This document shows, piece after piece, positions 38,909-51,279 of a stretch of DNA of 64,000 bases. The notes below the pieces were generated by a model, which was given only the letters and a program-made list of their open reading frames with translations, was not told where the DNA came from and did not search any database. The translations under genes were made by a program, and so were the position numbers. The DNA is from Mobula hypostoma (taxonomy: Eukaryota). The stretch lies in the NCBI RefSeq assembly GCF_963921235.1, contig NC_086097.1:253892001-253956000 (forward strand), in the 5' to 3' direction. Numbering within the stretch: position 1 is the first letter of the stretch; each line of letters starts with the position of its first letter.

Positions 38909-39222
38909 CATGGGCAGGCTGGTGGCACAATGGCATCAGCGTTGGACCGGGAGCAGAGGTTCCCGAATTCAAAACCAGTTGGGTCCACTCCCGTGTACGC
39001 TTTCCGTCCGTGCCAGGTTGAGTGTCGAGATCGCAACTTGACCTCGTAAAATAAAAGGGAAAAATACTGCGAAATGCCTGTGTGAGGGGAGGCGCGCCAC
39101 ACAGTCTCTCTCTCTGGCTGCACCTTGTAAAAAGCCATGAAAAAGACATAATCATAGATGCATGCACGTACTCGCAGACACACACGCACACACACGCACA
39201 CACACGCAGGCATACACCAAAA
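38909..39222 (+). mobile_element. tRNA-headed SINE with (CA)n/A tail
   Basis: 12-bp TSD AAAAGACCCTAT (38897-38908 and 39223-39234), A box TGGCACAATGG and B-box-like GAATTCAAAACC. Related copy at 59296-59507. Confidence 0.85.
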
Positions 39223-39929
39223 AAAAGACCCTATTATTTCCGCCTCCACCACCGTTACCGGCAGCCCATTCCACGCACTCACAACTCAGTGTAAAAAACT
39301 TACCCCTGACATCTCCTCTGTACCCACTCCCCAGCACCTTAAACCTGTGTCCTCTTGTGGCAACCATTTCAGCCCTGGGAAAAAGCTTCTGACTATCTAC
39401 ACGATCAATACCTCTCACCATCTTATACACCTCTATCAGGTCACCTCTCATCCTCCGTCGCTCCAAGGAGAATAGGCCAAGTTCACTCAACCTGTTTTCA
39501 TAAAGCATGCTCCCCAATCCAGACAACATCCTTGTAAGTCTCCTCTGCACCTTTTCTGTGTTTTCCACGTTGTTCCAGTAGTGAGGCGACCAGAACTGAG
39601 CACAGTACTCCAAGTGGGGTCTGACCAGGGTCCTATATAGCTGCAACATTACCTCTCGGCTCCTAAATTCCAATTCCACGTTTAATGAAGGCCAATACAC
39701 CGTATGCCTTCTTAACCACAGAGTCAACCTGCGCAGCTGCTTTGAGCGTCCTATGGACTCAGACTCCAAGATCCCTCTGATCCTCCACACTGCCAAGAGT
39801 CTTACCATTAATACAATATTCTGCCATCATATTTGACCTACCAAAATGTACCACTTCACACTTATCTGGGTTGAACTCCATCTGCCACTTCCCAGCCCAG
39901 TTTTGCATCCTATCAATGTCCTGCTGTAA

Positions 39930-40178
39930 CCTCACAACACCTGGTCCATTCTCTGTCTCTCTCACCCGCCTTCTCCCTCCAAAACCCCGTGCATACAATA
40001 TCTTACAGACACACCAAAATCATAACAACTATCCCAATTGGTTCATAACATCTTCTTATCAGTAACGTGATCCAAACAAACTGCAAGCAGGAGGACTTTC
40101 TCATCAGTTAACATAACAAAGAAGCCCTTTCAATTGTAACATAACAAAGAAGCCGTTTTAATTAGACTACGCAGTGAC
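39930..40178 (-). mobile_element. Probable truncated LTR fragment replacing the central RT of the host CR1
   Basis: Ends GCAGTGACA (TGTCAC on minus). Internal repeat TAACATAACAAAGAAGCC occurs twice. Confidence 0.4.
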
Positions 40179-40529
40179 ATAAAAAAAGAAACCGCTTATA
40201 AAAGGAACAACAACCACAACCCTCCAATCCTCCGGAACCTCTCCCGTGCCCATTGATGATTCAAAGATCATCACCAGAGGCTCAGCGATCTCCTCCCTCG
40301 CCTTCCTCAATAGCCTGGGGTACATCTCATCCGGTCCCGGCGACTTATCCAACTTGATGCTTTTCCAAAAGCTCCAGCACATCCTCTTTCTTATATCTAC
40401 ATGCTCAAGCTTTTCAGTCCACTGCAAGTCATCCCTACAATCGCCAAGATCCTTTTCCATAGTGAATACTGAAGTATTCATTAAATACCTCTGCTATTTC
40501 CTCTGTTCCATTCCAGCAGAGGAGGACAA

Positions 40530-42250
40530 AGGGAAAAAAGATTATGAGAGAAAGGTTGCAGGGAACATAAAAACTGACTGTAAAAGCTTTTATAGATAGG
40601 TGAAAAGAAAAAGATTGGTTAAGACAAATGTTCATCCCTTACTGTCAGAAACAGGTGAATTGATCATGGGGAACAAGGACATGGCAGACCAATTGAATAA
40701 CTACTTTTGTTCTGTCTTCACTAAGGAGGACATAAATAATCTTCCGGAAATAGTAGGTGATTGAGGGTCTAGTGAGATGGAGGAACTGAGGGAAATAAAT
40801 GTTAGTAGGGAAGTGGTGTTAGGTAAATTGAAGGGGTTAAAGGCAGATAAATCCCCAGGGCCAGATGGTCTGCATCCCAGAGTGCTTAAGGAAGTAGCTC
40901 AAAAAATTGTGGATGCATTAGTGATAAATTTTCAAAACTCTAGATTCTGGATTAGTGCCTGAGGATTGGAGGGTGGCTAATGTAACCCCACTTTTTAAAA
41001 AAGGAGGGAGAGAGAAACCAGGGAATTATAGACTGGTAAGCCTGACATCGGTGGTGGGGAAAATACTACAGTCAGTTATCAAAGATGTGATAACAGCACA
41101 TTTGGAAAGCGGTGAAATGATCGGACAAAGTCAGCATGGATTTGTGAAAGGAAAATCATGTCTGACGAATCTCATAGAATTTTTTGAGGATGTAACTAGT
41201 AGAGTGGATAGGGGAGAACCAGTGGATGTGGTATATTTGGATTTTCGAAAGGCTTTTGACAAGGTCCCACACAGGAGATTAGTATGCAAACTTAAAGCAC
41301 ACGGTATTGGGGGTAAGGTATTGGTGTGGGTGGAGAATTGGTTAGCAGACAGGAAGCAAAGAGTGGGAATAAACGGGACCTTTTCAGAATGGCAGGCAGT
41401 GACTAGTGGGGTACCGCAAGGCTCAGTGCTGGGACCCCAGTTGTTTACAATATATATTAATGACTTGGATGAGGGAATTAAATGCAGCATCTCCAAGTTT
41501 GCGGATGACACGAAGCTGGGCGGCAGTGTTAGCTGTGAGGAGGATGCTAAGAGGATGCAGGGTGACTTGGATAGGTTGGGTGAGTGGGCAAATTCATGGC
41601 AGATGTAATTTAATGTGGATAAATGTGAAGTTATCCACTTTGGTGGCAAAATCAGGAAAACAGATTATTATCTGAATGGTGGCCGATTAGGAAAAGCGGA
41701 GGTGCAACGAGACCTGGGTGTCATTATACACCAGTCATTGAAAGTGGGCATGCAGGTACAGCAGGCGGTGAAAAAGGCGAATGGTATGCTGGCATTCATA
41801 GCAAGAGGATTTGAGTACAGGAGCAGGGAGGTACTACTGCAGTTGTACAAGGCCTTGGTGAGACTACACCTGGAGTATTGTGTGCAGTTTTGGTCCCCTA
41901 ATCTGAGGAAAGACATTCTTGCCATAGAGGGAGTACAAAGAAGGTTCACCAGATTGATTCCTGGGATGACAGGACTTTCATATGATGAAAGACTGGATGA
42001 ACTGGGTTGTACTCGTTGGAATTTAGAAGATTGAGGGGGGATCTTATTGAAACGTATAAAATTCTAAAGGGATTGGACAGGCTAGATGCAGGAAGATTGT
42101 TCCCGATGTTGGGGAAGTCCAGAACGAGGGGTCACAGTTTAAGGATGAAGGGGAAGCCTTTTAGGACCGAGATGAGGAAAAACTTCTTCACACAGAGAAT
42201 GGTGAATCTGTGGAATTCTCTGCCACAGGAAACAGTTGAGGCCAGTTCAT
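40530..42250 (+). mobile_element. Young CR1 RT region, 3' end lost
   Basis: 217-aa, 139-aa and 83-aa RT ORFs. Near-identical to 90-1074. Confidence 0.92.
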
Positions 42251-42361
42251 TGTCATAGTCATAGTCGTAGTCATACTTTATTGATCCCGGGGGAAATTGG
42301 TTTTCGTTACAATTGCACTATAAACAATAAATAGTAATAGAACCATAAATAGTTAAATAGT
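42251..42361 (-). mobile_element. Rex 3'-terminal fragment
   Basis: Reverse complement of 25700-25805, including the (ATGACT)n tail. Confidence 0.85.
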
Positions 42362-45169
42362 TTACTCTTTGGAGAGAAGGAGGATGAGAGGAGACATGAT
42401 AGAGGTGTACAAGATAATAAGAGACATAGATAGAGTGGATAGCCAGTGCCTCTTCCCCAGGGCACCACCGCTCAATACAAGAGGACATGGCTTTAAGGTA
42501 AGGGGTTCTTCCATACTTTTCCCTGAGAACATCTGTTCCCAATTTAAGCCTCCGATTTCCTGCCTGATAGCCTCATAATTCCCCTTACTCCAATTAAATG
42601 CTTTTCACTTGTCTGTTCCTATCTATCTCCAATGCTATTGTAAAGGAGATAGAATTGTGACCACTATCTCCAAAATGCTCTCCCACTGAGAGACCTGACA
42701 CCTGACAAGGTTCATTTCCCAATGTCAAATCAAGTACAGTCTCTCCTCTTGTAGGCTTATCTACATATTGCGTCAAAAAACCTTCCTGAACACACCTAAC
42801 AAACTCCACCCCATTTAAATCCCTTGCTCTAGGGAGATGCCAATTGATATTTTGGAAATTAAAATCTCCCATCATGACAACTCTGTTATTATTACACTTT
42901 TCCAGGATCTGTTTCCCTATCTACTCCTCGATATCCCTGTTACTAATGGGCGGCCTATAAATAACACCCAGTAAAGTTATTGACCCCTTCCTGTTCCTAA
43001 CCTCCACCCACAGAGACTCCGTAGACAATCCCTCCATGACGTCCTCCTTTTCTGCAGCCATGACACTATCTCTGATCAACAGTGCCACGCCCCCACCTCT
43101 TTTGCCTCCCTCCCTGTCCTTTCTGAAACATCTAAAACCCGGCACTTGAAGTAACCATTCCTGTCCCTGAGCCATCCGAGTCTCTGTAATGGCCACAACA
43201 TCACAGCTCCAAGTACTGATCCACGCTCTAAGCTCATCCACTTTGTTCATAATACTCTTTGCATTAAAATAGACACATCTCAAACCATCGGTCTGAGTGC
43301 GTCCCTTCTCTATCACCTGCTTATCCTCCCTCTCGCAGTCTCCAAGCATTCTCTATTTGTGAGCCGACCGCCTCTTCCTCCGTCACTTCAGTTTGGTTCC
43401 CACCCCGCAACAATTCTAGTTTAAACTCTCCCCAGTAGCCTTAACAAACCTCCCCACCAGGATATTGGTCCCCCTGGGATTCAAGTGGAACCCGTCCTTT
43501 TTGTACAGGTCACACCTGCTCCAAAAGAGGTCCCAATGATACAGAAATCTGAATCCCTGCCCCCTGCTCCAATCCCTCAGCCACGCATTTATCCTCCACC
43601 TCATTCTATTCCTTTTCTCACTGTCACATGGCACAGGCAGTAATCCCCAGATTACCACCTTTGCGGTCCTGCTTCTCAACTTCCTTCCTAACTCCCTGTA
43701 GTCTGCTTTCAGGACCTCTTCCCTTTTCCTACCTATGTTGTTGGTACCAATATGTACCACGACCTCTGGCTGTTCTCCCTCCCACTTCAGGATATCATGG
43801 ACGCATTCAGGACCCTGGCAACTGGGAGGCAAACTACCATCTGTGTTTCTTTCCTGCATCCACAGAATCACCTGTCTGACTCCTTAACTATATAGAGTCT
43901 CCTATCACTGCTACCATCTTCTTCCTTTCCCTACCATTCTGAGCCACAGGGCCAGACTCTGTGCCAGAGGCACAACCACTGTTGCTTCCCTCAGGTAGGT
44001 CGTGTCCCTCCCAACGGTACTCAGTCAGGAGTATGGGAACTGCCACAAGGGTACTCTCTAGTATCTGACTCTTGCCCTTCCCTTTGCTGACTGTTACCCA
44101 CTGATCTGTCTCCCAGTGTGACTACTTGCCTGCAACTCCTCTCTATCTCCTGCTCACTCTCCCTGAGCAGACGAGGATATATGTTCATGGGTTAATTGTC
44201 CATGTTGATTGTCCACACTTGCTGCAACTCCTCTCTATCTCCTGCTCACTCTCCCTGACCAGACGAGGATATAGTGTTCGTGGGTTCATTGTCCATGTTG
44301 ATTGTCTACAGCTCAGAAATGGGCCCATCGGCCCATTCAGTCAAAGGTTAATTTTATTGTCAAAGTACGCATGTAAAAGGAACAATAGTGCAAACTATTA
44401 TCTAAATAGGGAGAAGGTTCAAACATCAGAGGTGCAGAGGGACTTGGGAGTCCTCATACAAGACTCCCAGAAGGTTAATTCACAGGTTCAGTCTGTGGTA
44501 AAGAAGGCAAATGCAATGTTGGGATTTATCTCAATGGGAATAGAAAATGAAAACAAGCAGAAAACGCTGAAGCTTTATAGGACTCTGGTAAGGTCGCACG
44601 GAGTATTGTAAGACCATAAGATGATAAGATATATGAGCAGAAGTAGGCCATTCGGCCCATCGAGTCTGCTCCACCATTCAATCATGGGCTGATCCAATTC
44701 TTCCAGTCATCCCCACTCCCCTGCCTTCTCCCCATACCCTTTGATGCCTTGGCAAATCAAGAACCTATCTATCTTTGTCTTAAAATATACCCAATGACTT
44801 GGCCTCCACAGTTGCTCGTTGCAGCAAATTCTACAGATTTACCACCATCTGACTAAAATAAATTCAACATATCTCTGTTTTAAGTGGACATCCTTCCATC
44901 CTGAAGTCATCCCCTCTTGTCCTAGACTCCCCTACCATGGGAAATAACTAATCTGTTCAGGCCTTTTAACATTCAGAATGTTTTTACGTGAACCCCCCTC
45001 ATTCTCCTAAACTCCAGGGAATACAACCCAAGAGCTGCCAGACATTCCTCATACGGTGCAAGTTGAATCAAGAGTTAAAATTAGCATGTCACAAAGGTAA
45101 TGCTACAGTCGTTATGGGGGATTTTAACATGCAGATGGACTGGGAAAATCAGGTTGGTACTGGACCCCT

Positions 45170-45363
45170 GGGGTGTATGGGGTGTCAGGGAGGGGTAGCA
45201 CCTCTGTTGGGGGAACATGTCACATCCTTTTCGAGGTGGTTAGTCCACCTTTGGTCCCCACCTGGCACTCAGCTCTCACCTGTGGCTCCCCGTAGCTGTT
45301 TGCATGCGACAGCGGCCACACCCCGGGCAACGGCTTCGACAAGCCGGCTAAACCAGGTGAGGG
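45170..45363 (+). ncRNA. HDV-like self-cleaving ribozyme (predicted)
   Basis: P1 GGGGUGU/ACACCCC, P2 CUCUCACCUG/CAGGUGAGGG, P3 GGC/GCC, L3 UCCCCGU, P1.1 CC/GG, P4 CGGCUU/AAGCCG and J4/2 GCUAA, in the canonical nested double-pseudoknot order. Confidence 0.8.
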
Positions 45364-45732
45364 TAGCCGACGGGTCTCCAACCCTCGGTGAGATAGGGAG
45401 TTGTCTATCCCAGCATGTGAAGACAGACTCTGGCGGATTGAGCGGACGAGACCAATGGAAGGTCCAACGGTCAAGAAGGCGGTCTCTGCAAGCGTCATGG
45501 AACGTGTAGAGCAGGACAAGGCACAGAAGACGTCCTGGTCATCCACTGCGCCTAGTCCCATCTCCAGCCGTCTCGACTCTGTCTTGCCACTGGATCCAGA
45601 TGGGAATTGGGAAGAGAGAGTGAGGCTGACGCTGCGCAACTCTCCCTCACTTAAATCCAAATCACGCGCTAGACTCGACACCATCATAATGGTGTCGAGG
45701 TCCTCATCGACATCAACGATGGACGAACAACA
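45170..45732 (+). mobile_element. Non-autonomous RTE-derived retroelement, full length
   Basis: 11-bp TSD ACTGGACCCCT (45159-45169 and 45733-45743), (CAA)n tail, RTE-like 3' end CCCTCACTTAAATCCAA, and no coding capacity. Confidence 0.8.
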
Positions 45733-46331
45733 ACTGGACCCCTAGAAAGGGAGTTTGTGGAGTGCCTCCGAGATGGATTCTTAGAGCAGCTTGTACTGGA
45801 GCCTACCAGGGAGAAGGTAATTCTGGATTTAGTGCTGTGCAATGAACCGGATTTGATAAGGGAACTCGAGGTAAAGGAGCCATTGGGAGGTAGTGACCAT
45901 AATATAAGTTTTAAACTACAATTTGAGAGGGGGAAGGGAAAATCGGAAGTGTCAGTATTACAGTTGAACAAAGGGGACTATGGAGCCATAAGGGAGGAGC
46001 GGCCAAAGTTGACTGGAAAGATACCCTAGCAGGGATGACAGTGGAACAACAATGGCAGGTATTTCTGGGAATAATACAGAAGGTGTGGGATCCGTTCATT
46101 CCAAAGAGGAAGAAAGATTCTAAGGGGAGTAAGGGACGACCATGGATGACAAGGGAAGTCAAGCATAGTATAAAAATAAAAGAGAGGAAGTATAACATAG
46201 CAAAGATGAGCGGGAAGCCAGAGGATTGGGAAACTTTTAAAGGGCAACAGAGGATAACTAAAAAGGCAATACGGGGAGAAAAGATGAGATACGAAAGCAA
46301 GCTAGCCAAGAATATAAAGGAGGATAGTAAA

Positions 46332-46367
46332 AGTCCTGACGAAGGGTCTCGGCCTGAAACGTCGACT
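46332..46367 (+). ncRNA. Minimal type I hammerhead ribozyme motif
   Basis: AGUC-CUGACGA-AGGGUCUCGGCCU-GAAA-CG-UC^GACU, with an intact core. Confidence 0.75.
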
Positions 46368-46465
46368 GCGCTTCTTCCTATAGATGCTGCCTGGCCTGCT
46401 GCGTTCACCAGCAACTTTGATGTATGTTGCTTGAATTTCCAGCATCTGCAGAATTCCTGTTGTTT
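46334..46465 (+). mobile_element. Short PLE insert starting at a hammerhead motif
   Basis: 10-bp TSD ATAGTAAAAG (46324-46333 and 46466-46475). Near-identical to 32487-32612. Confidence 0.88.
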
Positions 46466-49400
46466 ATAGTAAAAGCTTCTTTAGGTAGGTGAAGAGAAAA
46501 AAATTAGTTAAGACCAAAGTTGGGCCATTGAAGACAGAAACAGGTGAATTTATTATGGGGAACAAGGAAATGGCAGACGAGTTGAACAGGTGCTTTGCAT
46601 CTGTCTTCACTAGGGAAGACACAAACAAGCTCCCCAATATAATAGTGTAATAGGGTAACGGAGGAACTGAAGGAGATTCACATTAGGCAGAAAATGGTGT
46701 TGGATAGACTGATAGGACTGAAGACTGATAAATCCCCAGGGCCTGATGGTCTGCACCCCAGGGTACTTAAGGAAGTGGCTCTAGAAATCGTGGACGTATT
46801 GGTAATTATTTTCCAATGTTCTATAGATTCAGGATCAGTTCCTGAGGACTGGAGTGTGGCTAATGTTATCCCACTTTTTAAGAAAGGAGTGAGTGAGAAA
46901 ACAGGGAATTATAGACCAGTTAGCCTGAAAGAGTGGTGGGGAAGATGCTGGAGTCAATTATAAAAGATGAAATAGCAGCACATTTGGATAGCAGTAACAG
47001 GATCGGTCCGAGTCAGCATGGATTTATGAAGGGGAAATCATGCTTCACTGATCTTCTGGAATTATTTTGAGGATGTAACTATGAAAATGGACAAGGGAGA
47101 GCTAGTGGAGGTAGTGTACCTGGACTTTCAGAAAGCCTTTGATAAGGTCCCACATAGGAGATTAGTGGGCAAAATTAGAGCATGTGGTATTGTGGGTAGG
47201 GTACTGACATGGATAGAAAATTTGTTGGCAGACAGGAAACAGTAGGGATTAACGGGTCCCTTTCAGAATGGCAGGCCGTGACTAGTGGGGTACCGCAAGG
47301 CTCGGTGCTGGGACCACAGCTATTCACGATATACATTAATGATTTAGATGAAGGGATTAAAAGTAACATTAGCAAATTTGCAGATGACACAAAGCTGGGT
47401 GGCAGTGTGAAATGTGTGGAGGATGTTATAAGAATGCAGGGGACTTGGACAGGTTGGGTGAGTGGGTGAGTGGGCAGATGCGTAGCAAGTGCAGTTTAAT
47501 GTGGATAAATGTGAGGTTATCCACTTTGGTGGCAAGAACAGGAAGGCAGATTACTATTTGAATGGTGCCAATTTAGGAAAAGGGGAAGTACAATCAGATC
47601 TTGGTGTCCTTGTTCACCAGTCACTGAAAGTATGCATGCAGGTACACCAGGCAGTGAAGAAAGCTAATGGCATGTTGGCCTTCATAACAAGGGGAGTTGA
47701 GTATAGGAGCAAAGAGGTCCTTCTGCAGTTGTGCAGGGCCCTGGTGAGACCACATCTGGAGTATTGTGTACAGTTTTGTTTCCAAATTTGAGGAAGGACA
47801 TTCTTGCTATTGAGGGAGTGCAGCGTAGGTTCACGAGGTTAATTCCTGGGATGGCGGGACTGTCGTATATTGAAAGATTGGAGCGACTGGGCTTGTATAC
47901 ACTGTAATTTAGAAGGATAAGAGGGGATCTGATTGAAACATAAGATTATTAAGGGACTGGACACGCTAGAGCCAGGAAATATGTTCCCGATGTTGGGGGA
48001 GTCCAGAACCAAAGGCCACAATTTGAGAATAAGGGGTAGGCCATTTAGAATGGAGTTGAGGAAAAACTTTTTCACCTGGAGAGTTGTGGATCTGTGGAAT
48101 GCTCTGCCTCAGAAGGCAGTGGAGGCCAATTCTCTGGATGCTTTCAAGAAAGAGTTAGATAGAGCTCTTAATGATAGTGGAGTCAAGGGATATGGGGAGA
48201 AGGCAGGAGCGGGGTACTGATTGTGGATGATCAGCCATGATCACAGTGAATGGCGGTGCTGGCTCAAAGGGCCGAATGGCCTACTCCTGCACCTATTGTC
48301 TATTGGTAACCCTTTCATTCCTGCAATCATTCTTGTGAATCATCTCTGAACCTTCTTCAATGTCAGTATATCCTTTCTAAAATAAGGAGCCCAAAACTGC
48401 ACACAATACTCCAAGTGTGGTCTCATGAGTACCCTATAGAGCCTCAACATCAAATCCCCGCTCTTGTATTCTATACTTCTAGAAATGAATGCCAACATTG
48501 AATTTGTCTTCTTCACCACTGACTCAACCTGAAGGTTAACCTTTAGGGTATCTTGCATAAGGACTCCAAAGTCCTCTTGCATCTCTGCATTTTGAATTCT
48601 CTCCCCATCTAAATAATAGTCTGCCCGTTTATTTCTTCCACCAAAGTGCATGACCATACACTTTCCAACATTGTATTTCATTTGCCACTTCTTTGCCCAT
48701 TCTCCTAAACTATCTAAGTCTCTCGCAGACTCTCTGTTTCCTCAACACTATTCGCTCCTCCACCTGTCTATGTGTCATTGGCAAATCTAGCCACAAATCC
48801 ATTAATCCCATAGTCCAAATCATTGATGTACATCGTAAAAAGCAGTGGTCCCAACACCGACCCCTGTGGAACTCCACTGGTAACCAGCAGCCAGCCATAA
48901 TAGGATCCCTTTATTCCCACTCTCTGTTTTCTGCCGACCAGCCAATGCTCCACCCATGCTAGTAACTTCCCTGTAATTTCACGGAATCTTATCTTGCTAA
49001 GCAGCCTCATGAGTGGCACATTGTCAAAGGCCTTCTGAAAATTAAGTACACTACATCTACTACATCTCCCTTGTCTACCCTGCAAACTTCCTCAAAAAAT
49101 TGCAGTTGATTAGTCAGGCAGGATTTTCCTTTCAGGAAACCATGCTGGCTTTGTCCTATCTTGTCATGTGGCTTCAGGTACTCTGTAATCTCATCCCTAA
49201 CAATTGATTCAAACAACTTCCCAACCACTGATGTCAGGCTAACAGGTCTATAGTGGAGTAGTATTTGCAATTTTCCAATCATCTGGTATAATGCCAGAAT
49301 CTACTGATTCTTGAAAGAACATTGTTAATTCCTTTGCAATCTCTCCAGCTACTTCCTTCAGAACCCAAGGGTGCATTCAATCAGGTCCAGGAGATTTATC

Positions 49401-51279
49401 CACCCTCAGACCATTAGGCTTCCTGAGCACCTTCTCAGTTGTAATTTTCTCTGCACGTAATTCACTTCCTTGACACTCTTGACTGTCTGGTATACTGCAG
49501 ATGTCTTCCACTGTGAAGAATGATACAAAATACACGTTCAGTTCCTCTGCCATCTCTGTGTTTCTCATTACAATATCTCCGGTGTCATTTTCTATTGGTC
49601 CTATATCTACCCTCAACTTTCTTTTACCCATTATATACTTAAAAAAGCTTCTAGTATCTTCTTTGATATTAGTTGCCAGCTTCCTTTCATAAATCATCTT
49701 TTCCTTCCTAATGACCTTAGTTTCTTTGTGCAAGTTTTTAAAAGCTTTCCAATCTTCTATCTTTCCACTAGCTTTGGCTTCCTTGTATGCCCTCTCTTTT
49801 GCTTTTACTTTGGCTCTGACTTCACTTGTCAGCCAAGGTAGTGTCCTTCTTCCATCCGGATATTTCTTCTTATTTGGAATATATCTTTCTTGCACTCCCC
49901 TCATTTTTCACAGAAACTCCAGCTATTGCTGCTCTGCTGTCCTTCCTGTTAGTGTCCCTTTCTGGTCAACCTTGGCCAGCTCCCCTCTCATACCATTGTA
50001 ATTTCCTTTATTCCACTGAAATACCGACACGTTGGAATTTAGTTTCCCCTTCTCAAATTTCAAAGTGAACTCGATCATATTGTGATCACTGTTCCCTAAG
50101 GGTTCCTTAACCTCAGGCTCTCTCATCACCTCTGGATCATTGCACAACACCCAATCCAGCACAGTAGATCTCCTAGTGGGCTCAACAATAAGTTGTTCTA
50201 AAAAGCCATCCCTTAGACATTCTACAAATTTTCTCTCTTGAGGTCCAGTACTGACCTGGTTTTCCCAATCCACTTTCATGCTAAAATCCCCAATGATTAT
50301 CATGACATTGCCCTTCAGACACGTCTTTTCTATCTCCTGTTGTAATTTGTAATCCACATCCCTTCTGCTGTTTAGAGGCCTTTATACAACTGCCATTAGG
50401 GTCCTTTTACCCTTGCCATTTCTTAATTCAACCCACAGAGACTCTACACCTTCCAATCCCATGTCATCCCTTTCTAATGATTTAATATTATTTCTTATAC
50501 ACAGGGCCACACCACCCCCTCTATCTACTAACCTATCTTTCTGATACACCGTATATCCTTGGATGTTCAGCTCCCAATGGCAGCCATCCTTTAGCCAAGT
50601 TTCAGAGATGGCCACAATGTCATACTTGCCAATCTGTAGCTGAATTTCAAGACCTTCCATTTTATTTCTTATGCTGTGTGCATTCAAATATAACACTTTC
50701 ATGTCCAGTATTTGTTGCTTTCTGTTTTAACTGCACCACGCCTCTATTGCCCCGTAACTCATCCCACTGGCTGTGATTAAGCCTCATCTCCTGCCTGTCC
50801 TTCCATCATCTCTGTTGCACGCTAGTCCCATCGATTTCCACCTCAACGCTGGGGAGGCTCGTGCCCATAATGGAGCTTGCTGCGTTTGCAAATTGTGGCA
50901 GCTCTTTTCTGATCCTGTGCCGTGCCTCCTGCATACCAGCTGGTGATGCAGCCAGTTACAAAGTTCTCCATGGAACTTGCTCGATCTGTGTACTGTATAT
51001 AATTTTCAAGTGAGCAGATGGAGGGATGCAGTCAGGAGTGATTCATATGACCATAACCAGAATGGCGGTTTCTCAGACCTCAGCCTTTGGTGGAGAGATT
51101 ACGGAACTAACTCTGAAATTCCTGACAATTATAGCTGTAAACTTGTGGCTTCAATACTTGGCTGCATCATCATCCTCAGAAAGATTAATTCCTTTACTGA
51201 AGTTAAATTGGAACCAAAGGCAAATATACATTAGAATTGTCTTGTCTTTCAACAAGTATACCCCAAGGGAAAATTCCAG

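Larger units (their letters stand above)
38747..44175 (-). mobile_element. Large CR1 LINE with ORF1 (SGNH esterase) and ORF2 remnants, multiply interrupted
   Basis: ORF1 VVVHIGTNN...DGFHLNPRG at 43416-43871, EN YFNAKSI/AITET/GDFN at 42594-43349, RT pieces at 40200-40505 and 39235-39930, and tail at 38747-38768. Confidence 0.88.
45058..48304 (+). mobile_element. CR1 LINE (same subfamily as 20085-22624), carrying RTE-derived and PLE inserts
   Basis: GGT duplicated at 45055-45057 and 48305-48307. CTATTGTCTATT tail. Confidence 0.9.
44611..50822 (-). mobile_element. CR1 ORF2 (EN+RT+3' UTR) split by a plus-strand CR1 at 45058-48304
   Basis: LYLNAHSIRNK and AISETW at 50382-50702 through RT to 48308. 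Continues 45054-44611 to a (TCTTATGG)-type tail. Confidence 0.9.

Noticed and set aside
38909..38985. tRNA gene
   Set aside because: A and B boxes are present but no cloverleaf. It is a SINE head bounded by TSDs.
44988..45745. 114-173 aa ORFs over the RTE-derived insert
   Set aside because: They cross insertion junctions and lack recognisable domains. The RNA-structure explanation fits better.
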